Shown: in pieces, positions 1 to 13,529 of the stretch | How the letters are laid out: each line of letters starts with the position of its first letter | Position numbering within the stretch: position 1 is the first letter of the stretch | Assembly (NCBI GenBank): GCA_951406725.2 | Contig: OX597815.1 | Span: forward strand, 24,180,001-24,244,000 | From: Octopus vulgaris | Taxonomy: Eukaryota | Direction: 5' to 3' | DNA length: 64,000 nt | Notes under the pieces: generated by a model | The model's input: only the letters and a program-made list of their open reading frames with translations | Databases searched by the model: none | What the model was told of the DNA's origin: nothing | Made by a program: the position numbers and the translations under genes

Positions 1-181
1 AGTAGTACCAACAGACCCATGGTTTCTGGGTAATTTTCTGTCCTCAGTGCTAGACAACCGCCAGCTAGAGATAAAATCTTTATTATAATCATACGATCTT
101 ACATAGATTTGGACATAACAAGACAAACAATTACAAAGAATGTTATGAGAGTTCGAATGAAACTTAAAAATTTAGTTATAA

Positions 182-692
182 TCTATATATATAAAACTCT
201 AGTTGTGTGAGTGTCTGTCCCCTTCGATTTAGATTCCTAACTCCTCCCACATTTTGCGGTGCAGTTTAACCAAATTCGGGTATCTTATAGTCGTGATTCA
301 TATCGAGCCCGTCTGACTATTAGCGCGCGTCAACGATGAGTCTACGATTTTAAAAATAATTTAACATAATTTTTTATTCCATTTTAATGCATAATCTTTC
401 GTGTGTCGATGGCGGCGGAGTTGGCGTCCACGCTCACAGCTGCACCTGTTTGCTTCTCCCCCTTCCCTCCCTCGTGAAGCTGTGGGGGAAGGGAGTGTAA
501 AGAAATCAACGTCGTAATGCGTTGTCAAGGAGACCAGCGTTCTTTTAGAACAACGACTTCATGGCTTGAAGACACCAAAACAGAAATGGCTAAGAAAGCC
601 CGAATTGGCATCTATAAGGGAAGTAACTCTCTAAAAATGCTTAGATAGTTATTTCCCTTACAAACCCGAGCAACGCCGGGCGATACTGCTAG
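182..692 (+). mobile_element. Non-autonomous Helitron, copy 1
   Basis: Starts A|TCTATATATATAAA and ends with hairpin CCCGAGCAACGCCGGG then CTAG|T; inserted between A and T with no TSD; three more copies in the window. Confidence 0.85.
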
Positions 693-1641
693 TATGACAT
701 AAACGAAAACTTGGCTTACTTTTGCCTTTAAACGAATCATTGGCTTACTTTTGGCTTTATAACGAGAACTTTAGTGCGTTTTTTTTTTTTTAAAAATAAC
801 ATTAGAAAACATAACATGTTAAAATGAAAAGGGGGAGAAGTGCAGGTTCCGAATTTTGAACCCGGCAGCCTATAAGGCCCAGCAACTAATTTTTTCTTTC
901 TTTGATGATTAAGCTGGGTAACTAACACCCACCTTTCTCATCACATCCTTCCAACGTTCCACATACTCTTTCTGTGGCAGGTTCCTCTTCTCCAACTCCA
1001 TCTTGCTCTTCCGCCAGCTAGAGACAGCAGCTTACTCGACCCTACTCTCGGTATATAAATATAGAAGTGACAGACAGTTACTGATCTCGTAATGAGTAAA
1101 ACAGCTGGTTTCAACTCTCTGAATGAGAACCAAGTAGTAACCATACGGCAAAATAAAACCTGTTTGCCAACGCATGGTGGCAGTCCTGCGTAGGACCATG
1201 TTACTACCTTTTAACCCCCTGGAAAACATCTTTTCCAGCTGGTATTGACACACGACCTGTGTCTGAAATATATTGTGAACAAGGGAGCGTAGTACTCCTT
1301 CCTAGCTTCCTTCAGTTTCCGTCTACGAAATCCACTCACAAGGCTTTGGTCGGCCCCGAGCTATAGTACAGTGGTTCCCAATCTTTTCTCAACTCTTCGT
1401 GGCAAGGCGATTTGACGTCTATCTTTAGCATATAGGAACCCACTTTAGTGGTCATTCCTCTTATAAATTGTAATATAGCCGGCCGCCAACACTTTTTTCT
1501 GCAAAATAGGTGTGACATATCCTGTTCAGGCTATGTTATTAGCATTATCCTGCGTTTGAGAATTTAAAATCACTTCTTTAACTTTCTAAGACGCTTCTAA
1601 AGCAAACTTTGTTTGTTTTTTTACGTTCATCGTAATTTGAA

Positions 1642-1705
<64 letters not shown>

Positions 1706-2896
1706 GATGTGTGTTTGTGTGTGTGTGAGTGTGTGTACAAGAACTAAGCAAAGAACAGAATTGAAAGCCCTAATAAAAATTTATAGTAATATAGTCTCCT
1801 TAGTCCAAACCTTACCAAAATAAAGTTTAAAATTTATTTATAGAAAGCTAACATTGGCCCCAAATTCAACCTCATTCTCTGTGTGTGCGTTTGTGAGTGT
1901 GCATATACAAAAATAAAAGAGTATATATATATATGTGTGTATACAAACGTGTATGTGCACACGCACACCCTCGTGCGCGCATGCTCGCACTCTTACATAA
2001 AATTGGCTAGCTGGAATGTCTTGAGTACACCTGTGTTTGTGAGAGGCAGACACAGATTAATTACTTCTAAAACAAGGTGCACCTCCTTAATTCACTTTTA
2101 GTGATTGTAGCTTTGGCCAGGAAAAGCTGATTATCTTTAGACGGTGCCCAACGTCTATAGGGCGCTTTGCTACTAAACTGTAATACTCTCCTGTTTACAT
2201 ATCAGCAGTGGTGGCCAACTTGCTAATCATCTTTTCCTCCTGGCTTCCAGCTCAGCTCTTCTTTCATAACCAAGCTCTTTCTGCTACCTCCTCCATTGTG
2301 CGAGGGACTGTCTTTCTCTGTTTGCATGTTATTTACTGGCTGTAAGCATTCTCCATAGTAACTGGAAAGGGCATCTTCCACAGCCAACTGCATCTTCCAT
2401 TCAAAAGCTTCATCACACTCTTCTTCCTACAGAACTAAGTTCAATCAGGATAATTTTCTTTGCTTTTTCAGACTACAGAACTCCATCTAGCCACATTTTC
2501 TTGACTACCTGAGAGAACTTAAGCCTTTTCCCCATGTCTGTCTTCATATTCCGTAATTGTTTTTGTTTTTTTCTGTGGTAGTAGATTGATCTTTCTGTGA
2601 GCAATAGTTTTCTTATTCCCTCGTTGATTAACAGTGCTAGTTTCCTTGTATTTGGCGTTTTATGCTCGAAGTTGTTAACGAATGTCATAAGCACCTCCTT
2701 ATTACGGCGCTACTATCTATATCTCCTTTAGGTGAGAACATTTTTACAGGCTTCTACGTACGATCTGATTTTTGGGCTCCATGACAGCCCTGAACCAACT
2801 GACCGATGATCAAAGACATACCATACGTGACCATCCCATATTTTCTTCAGGCATGTTTTCCTTTCTTTAGATCAGCGTTTTTCCCTTTCTTTAGAC

Positions 2897-3045
2897 CAGC
2901 GTTTTTCAACCGGGCTTCCCCGGAACCCTAGGGTTCCGCAAAAGGTTCCAAGGGATTCCGCGAGAAAGAGTGAGATAAGCTAATGCTAATTTCATGATCG
3001 TAATATATATATACATACATGTGAGTGTGTGTGTGTGTGTGTGTG

Positions 3046-3101
<56 letters not shown>

Positions 3102-3255
3102 CATAGATATAGATATAGATATGACAATTACCACGTGAACTACGATGAAATAAAATGAGAAAGATATGGTATATAATTTTTTTTGTGCAAGGGTTCCTTG
3201 AGATATGTAATCTATTTTAAGGGTTGCGCAAGTGTAAAAAGGTTGAGAAACACTG
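2897..3255. mobile_element. hAT (Charlie-like) MITE with an internal (GT)n(AGAT)n tract
   Basis: Termini CAGCGTTTTTCAACC and GGTTGAGAAACACTG; perfect 8-bp TSD CTTTAGAC (2889-2896, 3256-3263). Confidence 0.85.
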
Positions 3256-3360
3256 CTTTAGACAGTATGATGTGATTTGAGGAAGAGTTGGCAGCTATTT
3301 CTACTCGATCGAAATACTCCCACAGATGACCTCTCGTTGGTTTTCCTTCATTCAGAGGAG

Positions 3361-3410
<50 letters not shown>

Positions 3411-4448
3411 AGCAGACAACAATAACAAATTCAATTGTATTTAAATCAAATCTCTTATTTAAAATTCATAAAATTAATGGTAATTTCTTCTTAATATAAT
3501 TTCTTCTTCAAGTGTACAGGTTGCGGATGTTTATACACAAAAAGGAAATTCGTTTGGAGCAGAATTTTGCCGACCAATTAAGAAAAAAATTCTGTTTTCT
3601 TAGCAGCTAAATACAAGTATTTAACTGTTACATTAAACTGATACGCAATTATATCAGTACATTAAATTGATATATTTTTTTTTTTTTAATAAATTATTTT
3701 CATAAGAAATAAATTATATTTATATAACATGACTGCACTGGTTCTGTCTTTTCAGAGAATTAATATCATTAGCAGACCTTGACTACTGCAGAACATAGAA
3801 AAATTAATAAACGCCCCACAAAAATGGTCCCGAATGTTGAGGTTAACACAGAATGAAGAGGTTTAAGAAGCAAACAGTGAACTTATTGTTCAATGAAGAT
3901 TCTGAAGAATTAATGAATGCTTCCAATGTGTAAAACAACTTGGATATGAAGAGTGATTGAAGAAGACAGCTAATTCTTTGTGAGCATATTACGAATGTAG
4001 GAAGAGTATATTTAGCTCCGCTGTAGAGATGTTTGGCTCTTGTGTATTCTTGGTAAATAGTAAACAGAACCTCCTACATGGTTAGATCACATAATTTAAT
4101 ATTCTAATATTCCTCTGTAACTCAAACTTCAGAATTGAAAGTTTGAGCAAGTTATAAGTTATGACTAGATAGGTTGACATATGTCTATTTGCCTCTTCTA
4201 ATATTTTCCCAGCAAGTTTTATTCTAGAATTCGCTTCATACACACACAGATTTGATCACAGGGTATCCTCCAGTTTGGTGACTTGATGAGTTAAGAGTTA
4301 TATAACACATTACACATCCTATTAATTGTATTATACTTATGTCACAATAAAGACTCGTAATAAAGCAATTGTTGCAACACCAGATAACCCATTCGTCTAT
4401 TATTATTATTATTATTATCATCATCATCATCATCATATACACACACAC

Positions 4449-4555
<107 letters not shown>

Positions 4556-4572
4556 TACATACATGTGTGCGC

Positions 4573-4915
4573 AGTGCATTCCAGAAGTTTGCAGGTTTTT
4601 TCAGGAAAGATATTTATTAGTTTCTTTTATATCCTTCTATACGTTTGGATATACAGATTTCACGAAGCGAGGATAGACACGGCTATATTCCTTTTTGACG
4701 TACTCCAAATTACTCCACGAAACACGATACTCCAATAATGCAAACTCTTAACGATCTCAACGATTTCCTACAACTTCCACGAACTCTCAACGACTCCTAC
4801 GACCCTCTCTCGTCGCTACATTTTATAAGAGTTCGGCTTTTCCATTCTTACTGTCCCACAGGGGTCAATGACTCTCGCCACAACATCTCCCCCTTTTGAG
4901 ATTGACTTCCGTAGG

Positions 4916-4951
<36 letters not shown>

Positions 4952-6692
4952 TTCCTTTCACCACATCTATCTTTTTGAGATTTTCTTCTTAGGGAAGTTT
5001 AATATTTCTTCCGTTTAGGCACTGCTTTCAACTATTTTGTGTTTTCTCGTCTCTCTAGTTTTTCATTGTTGCGAAGGGAACCATTCGTTTTCGTTTAAAT
5101 ACATGTATGGCGTTTCCTTTTATTTGAAAACGCGCCGTTGTCTTGGTACACAGACCTAATTTATCGGACAGAACTCCAGGAAAAATATTTTTTACTTCTT
5201 TCAATTCGTCTGACGATTTGTTTTTACTGGAGAAAAAAAACATTTTTATTTTTACAGGACAATTTCATGCAGTTAGTAGCGAACAAGTTTGATGCAATAT
5301 TTAACACAAAACCTTTTGCTTTCATGGTTTTACCCCGAAATGTAACCTCAGTTATTATTTCTCTCCAAAAATGTAATTTTTTTCCTGAGACACCTTCTGG
5401 GTTATAACAATAATGGATTAAGAAATATCCAATAATGGATATTTCTTCAGTAATTGCGTTTGCTACGCTGTCTGGCGAGAACGTGAAGTATCTTTGGACT
5501 TCATTAATTTCAGCAACTGTTGGTATTGTTGCTGTTCTTGTTATAATTGCTGCTGTAACTGCTGTTGCAACTGCACCACGGAGGCTAATAAGTCTTTCAT
5601 GTTAATCAATTTTTCTTTGATTTTGTATCAAAAGAAAATGTTAACGTCCAACGTAAGCTTCGAATCAATTCGTCGCCACTTTCATAAGTAGATATCCTCG
5701 TCACCACTTTTATAAGTGAATATCCTCGTCGTCACCTTTATATCTTTCTATAACGTCGGATATAAAGATTTCACGAAGCGGGGATAAACACAACTGTTTT
5801 CCCCTTTGACGTACTTCAAATTACTCCACTTTTTATAAGAGTTTGACAAGTCCATTCTTCCAATCCCACAGGGATGCCAATGACTCTCGCTACAACAATT
5901 TCAGAGAAGTTCAAAACTCTAATCTCCTTCAAAGAAGGATCCTCTGACTTCAATGAACTTGTAACGCTCTAACCACTCCGTGGAAGTCCTCCAATGTGAA
6001 GGCATCCATCGTCACTCCTTCTTCTTCTCAATGCCTTCATAACGACTGCTCATGAGATTCTCCTTCACCAAAAAACACAGGGAACAAGGACTTGACTGTT
6101 GGGAATGGTGAGGGACAGTTTTGATGGTAATCTCTGTCAAATAGTTGGTTATCAAGATGGAATTGTGGACTGTTGTATTGTCTCAGTGCAGGTGCTACCG
6201 ACCCGAGCGGAAGAGCTCTGGCCTTTTACGAAAATTTTTTGTTGACCGTCTGGCCAAAGGGAACCCAGTGCATGTAGATGATGCCCTTGCAAGTTGAAAA
6301 AAGAACATCATGAGCTTCCCAGTGGGCTTGCTTCATCCGGCCTCTAGGGCCAGCAAAAAAACAAATTTTCGATTCATACAATTTAATAAGCAGCCTGGGG
6401 CATTTCACACGTTTTTGTAATGTTTTTGCCTAGTTTCACACAAAACGTTATTGCATAGCGAACTTCCAAATTGTTTGCAATCTAGTCAACTGTGACAAGA
6501 TGTGTTTCGTAGGGCTATCTCCTTCAATCTGGAATATAAAAAATAATGTTGGTATCCTCTCTACGTAAGTGAGACACATTGCAATTATGTAAATTTTTTT
6601 CTATATATATAACGATATACTAAAATTGCAATAATCTACAACAGTTATACCTGCCTCGCCTTCAAACAGTCTTGAAACTTCTGGAATGTGCC
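4573..6692 (-). mobile_element. Decayed mariner element interrupted by an LTR element
   Basis: Inverted termini CATTCCAGAAGTTT and AAACTTCTGGAATG; minus-strand peptide KGIIYMHWVPFGQTVNKKF (6226-6300) resembles the mariner segment between the first two catalytic Asp residues. Confidence 0.65.
4625..5897 (-). mobile_element. Internally deleted Gypsy (Mag-like) LTR retrotransposon
   Basis: Direct repeats 4625-4885 and ~5736-5897, both starting TGTTGT on the minus strand; PPT AAAAGGGGGAGA (4886-4897); PBS-like TGGTGACGAGGATA near 5693-5735; pol remnant IFPGVLSDKLGLCTKTTARFQIKGNAIHVFKRKRMVPFA; near-TSD GTTTC/ATTTC. Confidence 0.8.
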
Positions 6693-6863
6693 TTTAAATG
6701 TGTGTGCGTATGTGTGTGTGTGTGTGTGTGTAGATAGATATGTAAGAATAAGGCAATGTGGCCGTGCCGGTGGCACGTAAAAATCACCATTCAAGTGTTA
6801 GGCCTCACGGTGGCAATGACAAATGACCGAGACCTTTGGCAGTATGCCGTGCTTCAGTAGAAT

Positions 6864-6933
<70 letters not shown>

Positions 6934-7178
6934 ATCTATCTATCTATCTCCATTGTCCTGGAACCTCACCCCCCAAAAAAAACAAAAAAAAGAACAAAAA
7001 CAATGTTCTCTTCTAAACAAAACAAAAAACATGTCTTTTATATAAATTAACAACCTGTCTGTACATTTATAAAAAAATTTGTTTGACAAGTTCGAAAAAC
7101 GAACGAAAGCGCTATTAACAATGACAAAATAAAAAATTATTTTTCCAAAATTCTGGCGACCTCTTCTCTCTCTCTCTG

Positions 7179-7256
<78 letters not shown>

Positions 7257-7484
7257 AAGACAGCCTTCATGCGAAATAAAATGTTTAAATGGAATTTAAC
7301 ATTTTCAAGAATTAATGCATACCAAATGTTTTAAAACATGTCCAAATTAAAGGCAGAAAGATATTTAGAATTTGTTATGTGTTATATGAAGAGAAGATTT
7401 ATTTGAAAATTCGATTATCTTACATTTAGAAAATATCGACTGATTAGAAACTTCACTTTTGTTAATCAATAAATCTATGACTAA

Positions 7485-7700
7485 AGGCGACGAGCTGGCG
7501 GAACCGTTAGCACGCATTGCGAAATGCTTTGCTGTATTTCGTCTGTCTTTACGCTCTGAGTTCAAATTCTGCCGAGGTCGACTTTGCCTTTCATCCTTTC
7601 GGGGTCGATAAATTAAGTACCAGTTGCGTACTGTAGTCGATCTAATTGACTGGCCCCACTTCCCCCAAAATTTCTGGCCTTGTGCCTAGAATAGAAAAGG
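7485..7700 (+). mobile_element. tRNA-derived SINE, family B, tail II monomer
   Basis: Head GGCGACGAGCTGGCGGAA, B box GAGTTCAAATTC, core CCTTTCATCCTTTCGGGGTCGAT; TSD ATAA(A/G)TCTATGACTAA. Confidence 0.85.
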
Positions 7701-8759
7701 ATAAGTCTATGACTAAGCAACATTACAAATCGAAATCAAAATTCTGTGATTCTATATCATTTGCCAATGAGAAACTAGCATCTATGACAAGTCTTTTCAT
7801 TTTTCAATTTCCTGTTGGTGGTCTGAAATTGGTCCTATGTCTATTCTCAATGCTTGTATCATCTATTGGACTAGTGATTCTCAAACGGGTTCCATGTGGC
7901 CCTTGGGGATCCCTATAAGATTTTGTTGTTAAAATTAATCCGCTATAAATTGGTCATACTTCTACAATTCACAAAATATTTTAACAATTTTTAATACAAT
8001 TCCTAATAATATTTAATTATAAAAATATAATATGATTTTTTTAAAACATTGAATGCATATGAAAGTCCATCCAAGTAAAGTAGGAATCAAATGGGTCTAA
8101 AAATTGGACAGTTAGGCATGGTTTCTCTTCAACAGCCGAAATGCATCCTCTACAACTCATTGTTAATTACAATTCTATTACAAAGCTTTGTAGCTAAGGC
8201 TGCACAACTGTTTGGATATGTATCCTCCCTTCTGTATTTTGATAATTTCACTGGCGGATTAAGAGACTTATACGAAAATTATACGTAATTCTTTTTCGTT
8301 TTTGAGAGTTTAACATGTAAAGTTAGCACAGGAAAGGAGACAAGAACGTAACTGAATAAATATAACAATGTCTAATGAAACATATTTAGATATGATTAAG
8401 TTCTCAGAAGCTGTAACTGAATAGCCTATAAACTCTAATATTAAAGTAAATTAAACATATCATTTTCCAGACGTAGCTTGCAACGTCTGTCATAGCATCT
8501 CAATACATCAGAGTAGTTTCCTGTTGCTCCTTCGATATAAAAATTTAATTGGCAGTTGCCTTTAGAAATATAAGCGAAATAACTAGAAATTGAAACTGCA
8601 GACTTGATTCAGTGATTACGTACCTTCTTTCTTCTCGACAACGCTTACTATACGTGCATCAACTATTAGAAGTTTTCCCAGTGAAGTACTTATTTTTCTC
8701 GTATTTCTGAAATTCTGTACATTTTTTTTTTCCAGATTTGTATTTCCTGATTTAATAGA

Positions 8760-10444
8760 CAGGATTTCAACAGAAAGTAATACAGAAGTGAACATAACAT
8801 TTTTTTTTTATTAATAGATATAAATCATTCAAATTACTAACGTATAAAAGCACTATTCATCATTCTCTCCATTACAAGCGATGTGTTTGCACCATAGTTA
8901 AACCCAGCTTTTGAATCCTCTTTGAAAAACTCCACATGTGCATCGTTGTACCCACTTCTCCAGAGACACTATCACTTCGTCTGTGTCATCAAATCCTTGT
9001 CTCTGAAGGCTGTCTTTCGTAGCACCGAAAATGCAGAAGTCGGTAGTCACTAGATTTGGACGGTACAGTGATTGGGAGAACCAGTGACCAGTCCAATGAT
9101 TTATATCTGCATCATCTCGAAAGAGTCCAGAAGCTGGCTACCCACATGGTTCTTGGTCTCAAGAATTTGTCTTATGAAGTAAGGCAGAAGACGCTCGACC
9201 TTTATTCTCTAGAAAAACGACGACGCCGTGGTGATCTCATTCTTGCTCATAACATCATAAGCGGAAAGTGTAACCTCTCGAAAGAGCTGTTCTTCACTCC
9301 TGCTCCAGAGCGTCGGCTGTGGGGTCACTCTGAAAAGCTCTATCTACGACGATTTCATCTCAATCGAAGGAGAGGGGCTTTCTCCGTCCGGGTTGCGGAT
9401 CCGTGGAATAAGCTGCCGGACGAGATGGTGAAGATGCCGACGACCGCTCGGTTCAAAGTCTCTCTTGACCAGAAATGGCCTGAACTCTTTGCATGAACAC
9501 CACCCTGTACATAACTCCATGTCCCCCTACATGACCTTGCTTTTTGCTTTTTGAGCCAAAAAATTAACTTAACTTAACTTAACAATTTATCGATCGACTG
9601 ATTTGTTGCCATAGATATCTATTGTCATGAATTGTCATGGGGAATGTAGACCGTTTTCGGATTCTTGTTCAGTTTCTTGCTTCAAATGGCTTTCTGTAAT
9701 CTTTCAAGCGTCTCAAGGTACAGCCACATTTTAGAAGATCAAGGAGAATGACGACCTTGTCGACGAAAAAAAACGGTCAGTATGACTTACTGTCCCGATC
9801 GCTGGCTCTTGTAGAAGACAGAGGTATGACGCCATTCCGCCAACAGAGCCTTCGTTTCTGAATCATAAAGATACGCCCACGTTTCACCTCGCCGCCAGAT
9901 CAAATAAAATGTGTTTTCATTGGTTTTAGATGCTTCCAACATGTTAGAGCAGACTTTCAGCCTTCTGGCCTTCAAATCGGGTGTCAAGTGATGAGGTACT
10001 CATTTGGCACATGCTTTCCCATAGCTCAACGCAGCCCAGATGTGCAGCAACCTAACGGATTGTGACTTGTCTGTCCACGCGAGCCAATTCGTCCGCTCGC
10101 TAGCGATTCGTCTCAGTGATGGACGCTGATGGTCTCCCACTACTTGTTTTCTCTTCAAAGCTAGTTTCCGCTTCTTTAAACTTCATCCATCTGAGCAACA
10201 TTGCTTTTGCTGTTATCTCCGAAAACAACTCGTAATCTTCTGTGGATATCGGACAGCCTGCTCCTCTCCTTCATCAAGAATTCAATGACGGCACATTACT
10301 TCTGCTTGGAACTCATTATTTGTCTGCATTGAAGAACAGGTAGAAGAGTTTCTATAGAGGAAGAGTTACTCTACCAACGTTTACAATTTGAACGACCTAT
10401 GTCAATTAACACAAAATTGATACCAACTTTCGGCATAACCCTCG
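8760..10444 (-). mobile_element. Decayed mariner element carrying a nested CR1 fragment
   Basis: Right terminus CTTTCGGCATAACCCTCG|TA; peptides GETWAYLYDSETKALLAEWRH and YRPNLVTTDFCIF (degenerate YSPDLAPSDF motif); left end approximate. Confidence 0.7.
9105..9583 (+). mobile_element. CR1-type LINE 3' fragment
   Basis: LERVQKLAT...LYSLEKRRRRGDLI...GHSEKL...FSVRVADPWNKLP is a typical CR1 ORF2 C-terminus; (AACTT)n tail. Confidence 0.85.
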
Positions 10445-10538
10445 TAGTTTAACACACACACGCACGCACACACACGCGCGGGAGAAAGAGAAACGAGTAA
10501 ACCATTAGCCAAATTTATACGGTGAAGTTTTATAAAAT

Positions 10539-10811
10539 TATTCTGTTGTGTCTGGGGAGAGTCATTTTGTGCCCTATGATTTTACACACTCACCGGTAAA
10601 ATTTCCACTTATTTCTTATTTTTATTTTCCTAAAATTTTCTTTGCGTTTTGCAACCTTTTCAATAGTCTTGACTCAAGTCTTGAGTCAAGACTATTGAAA
10701 AGTTGCAAGACTTTAGGAAAATAAAAATAAGGAATAAGTGGAAATTGTATCGGTGAGTGTGTTAAATCATAAGGCACAAAAAGAAAATGACTCTCTCCAC
10801 ACAACAGAATA
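10539..10811. repeat. Long near-perfect palindrome (~270 bp)
   Basis: Centre TCTTGACTCAAGTCTTGAGTCAAGA; arms remain complementary out to TATTCTGTTGTG and CACAACAGAATA. Confidence 0.9.
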
Positions 10812-11077
10812 TGCTTCAACACACGAACTCACATAATGAATCTTGCAAAGCAAATCCAAAAACGAAATATTTATAAAATTAGACAAGCGAGTTTACTGCA
10901 AGAAGGATAATATGACGATTCGGGTCTGTCATTTCGCCTGAAAGTGAGAAAAAAAAAACTTCTTTTTTTTTAAGGACATAGACAACAGTATTAGACACTA
11001 ACAGCTTGAGTCTAAGACCTGAATGTCATATCATTTCTTTTTAACTTGAAATATTGTTTTGGATCAGATTACATATT

Positions 11078-11267
11078 GGTTTCAAATGTTGATACAAGGT
11101 CAGCAATTTCGGGAAGGGGAATACTTTATTACCAACTGGTATCGACCCCAAAAGGATGAAAAGTAAAGTCGACCTCGGCGGATTTTGAACTCAGAGCGTG
11201 ACGGCAGACGAAATACGGCTACGCATTTCGCCCGGCGTGCTAACGATTCTCCCAGCTCGCCGCCTTC
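11078..11267 (-). mobile_element. SINE family B, internally deleted
   Basis: Reverse complement of the family B head and core; TSD GGATCAGATTACATATT. Confidence 0.8.
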
Positions 11268-11659
11268 GGATCAGATTACATATTAAGATAAGTATACTAT
11301 CGATTTTTGCTTTAAAGAAACACAATATTTTCAAACATCAAGAAATTGTGAGTTGGTGAATAAACAGTTTAATGTTTGACTAAATATCGTGTGTATTACA
11401 TTATGTTCCTTTCTATTACGAGTTCAAATCCCAGTGTCGTTAATTTTTGCCTTATTTCTTCGTGTCGATAGACTAAATACCAGTAATGTACTAACCTCGA
11501 TTTAGTTGCCTTTCCATTTTCCCTAGAAATGTACGACCTTGTACCGATGTTAGATCGATATTGATAAGAAACTTTAATCTGTAAACTTTACGCTCGACAC
11601 TGGCCACCTGTGACCTGTACGAGTTTATCTCTCATATTTGAAATTAATTTTAGTTTAAA

Positions 11660-11729
<70 letters not shown>

Positions 11730-12737
11730 TACCAATAGCATCTGTCACATCAAAATATGTTATACAACATTCCTTTCGCCGGTGGGGAAGTAGTGAAATA
11801 CTGGCACAACACTCATGGATAGTAAAGGACAGCGAAATATTTATAAACAATATTTGATTTTTATTTAAATATACTTTCGGAATACGACTTCTCATAAATT
11901 TATAGCTTAAAATACATGAATACGTTAATGTGATTTTGTTGTAATCATTATTTCGGATCTTTTCAGTTTGAACGGCAGTTTTTAACATAAGTTCTGATGC
12001 CATGTGTGTTACGGTTGTTGTTTAGTTCCAGTTTAATCCTGGCTGAGCAGATTTACGATCAAAGACTTCCAAACTATGATTACACCGTCTTGTTTTCAGG
12101 AATAGTGTGTTTAGAATTACTTTATTTAATGTCCCTTTCCTTTTTTTTTTTTTTACATCTTTCATTTAGAAGGTTGTGGTTTGAGGGAGATTTGGCCACT
12201 ATTTCTAGTTGATAGACTGACTGTATAGAGTAGGGTCGAGGAAATTTTTTTGTGTTAGGGGCGAATTGCCAGCACATAAAAAGTGAAAAAATATAATGAA
12301 TCTTTTAATTTCGGAAATTCATAGGTATGTAACTCAGATTACATTACTGGTTTGGTCTTGAGGCTTAAACCTCTTCTTTTTATATGAGTCTTTAGTGACT
12401 TCATTAGTGAGCACACACACACACACACACACATACACACATACCAATAGCATCTGTCACATCAAAATATGTTATACAACATTCTTCTATTGGCTCATGA
12501 ACGATCCAATGAGGCAGTTTCGGTTCACGTGATTAGTTTTCAGCATGTCAAAAAAGTTTTGGATTAGATTATTAAGGTCAAAAGGCTTGCTAATATTTCT
12601 AATTTCGGCACAAAGCCAACAATGCTGAGTCGATACCATCGATCCCAGTGCTAAACTGATACTTTATTTTATCGACTCCAGAGAGATGAAAGGTAAGTTT
12701 GCCCTCAGTGGGATTTCAATTCAGAACGTAAGAGCGG

Positions 12738-13135
12738 GAAGACGCTCGACCTTTATTCTCTAGAAAAACGACGACGCCGTGGTGATCTCATTCTTGCTCA
12801 CAACATCATAAGCGGAAAGTGTAACCTCTCGAAAGAGCTGTTCTTCACTCCTGCCCCAGAGCGTCGGCTGCGGGGTCACTCCGAAAAGCTCTATCTGCAA
12901 CGATTTCGTCTCAATCGAAGGAGAGGGGCTTTCTCCGTCCGGGTTGCGGATCCGTGGAATAAGTGCCGGACGAGATAGTGAAGATGCCGACGACCGCTCG
13001 GTTCAAAGTCTCTCTTGACCAGAAATGGCCTGAACTCTTTGCATGAACACCCTCCCTGTACATAACCCCATGTCCCCCTACATGGCCTTGCTTTTTGCTT
13101 TTTGAGCCAAAAAATTAACTAAAACTTAACTTAAC
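12738..13135 (+). mobile_element. CR1-type LINE 3' fragment
   Basis: Near-identical to 9187-9583; (AACTT)n tail. Confidence 0.85.
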
Positions 13136-13529
13136 ATATATCGCAAGCATTTCCCGCCACTCAACACTAATTTTAAATCCTGTGATATTTTATACATTAT
13201 ATTGGAGCAGATGATGTTATTTTTAGGTAGAGAGTGAGATTCAAGACATTCTGGGACATCTCAGTTTTCGTACTTCTTAAATTAAGCCAACTCACCTTAC
13301 TGGAAATACTTGGGAAAATAGGTTTTCGTGGAATAGGTTTTCAGTATGTCCAAAAGGTTTTGGATTAGATTATTAAGGTCAAAAGGTTTGCTAATATTTC
13401 TAATATCGGCACAAAGCCAACAATTTTGAGTCGATACCAGTGAAAAACTGATACTTTATTTTATCGACTCCAGAGAGATGAAAGGTAAGTTTGCCCTCGG
13501 TGGGATTTCAATTCAGAACGTAAGAGCGG

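Noticed and set aside
2130-2700. Possible old LINE coding remnant
   Set aside because: No diagnostic motif recoverable by eye
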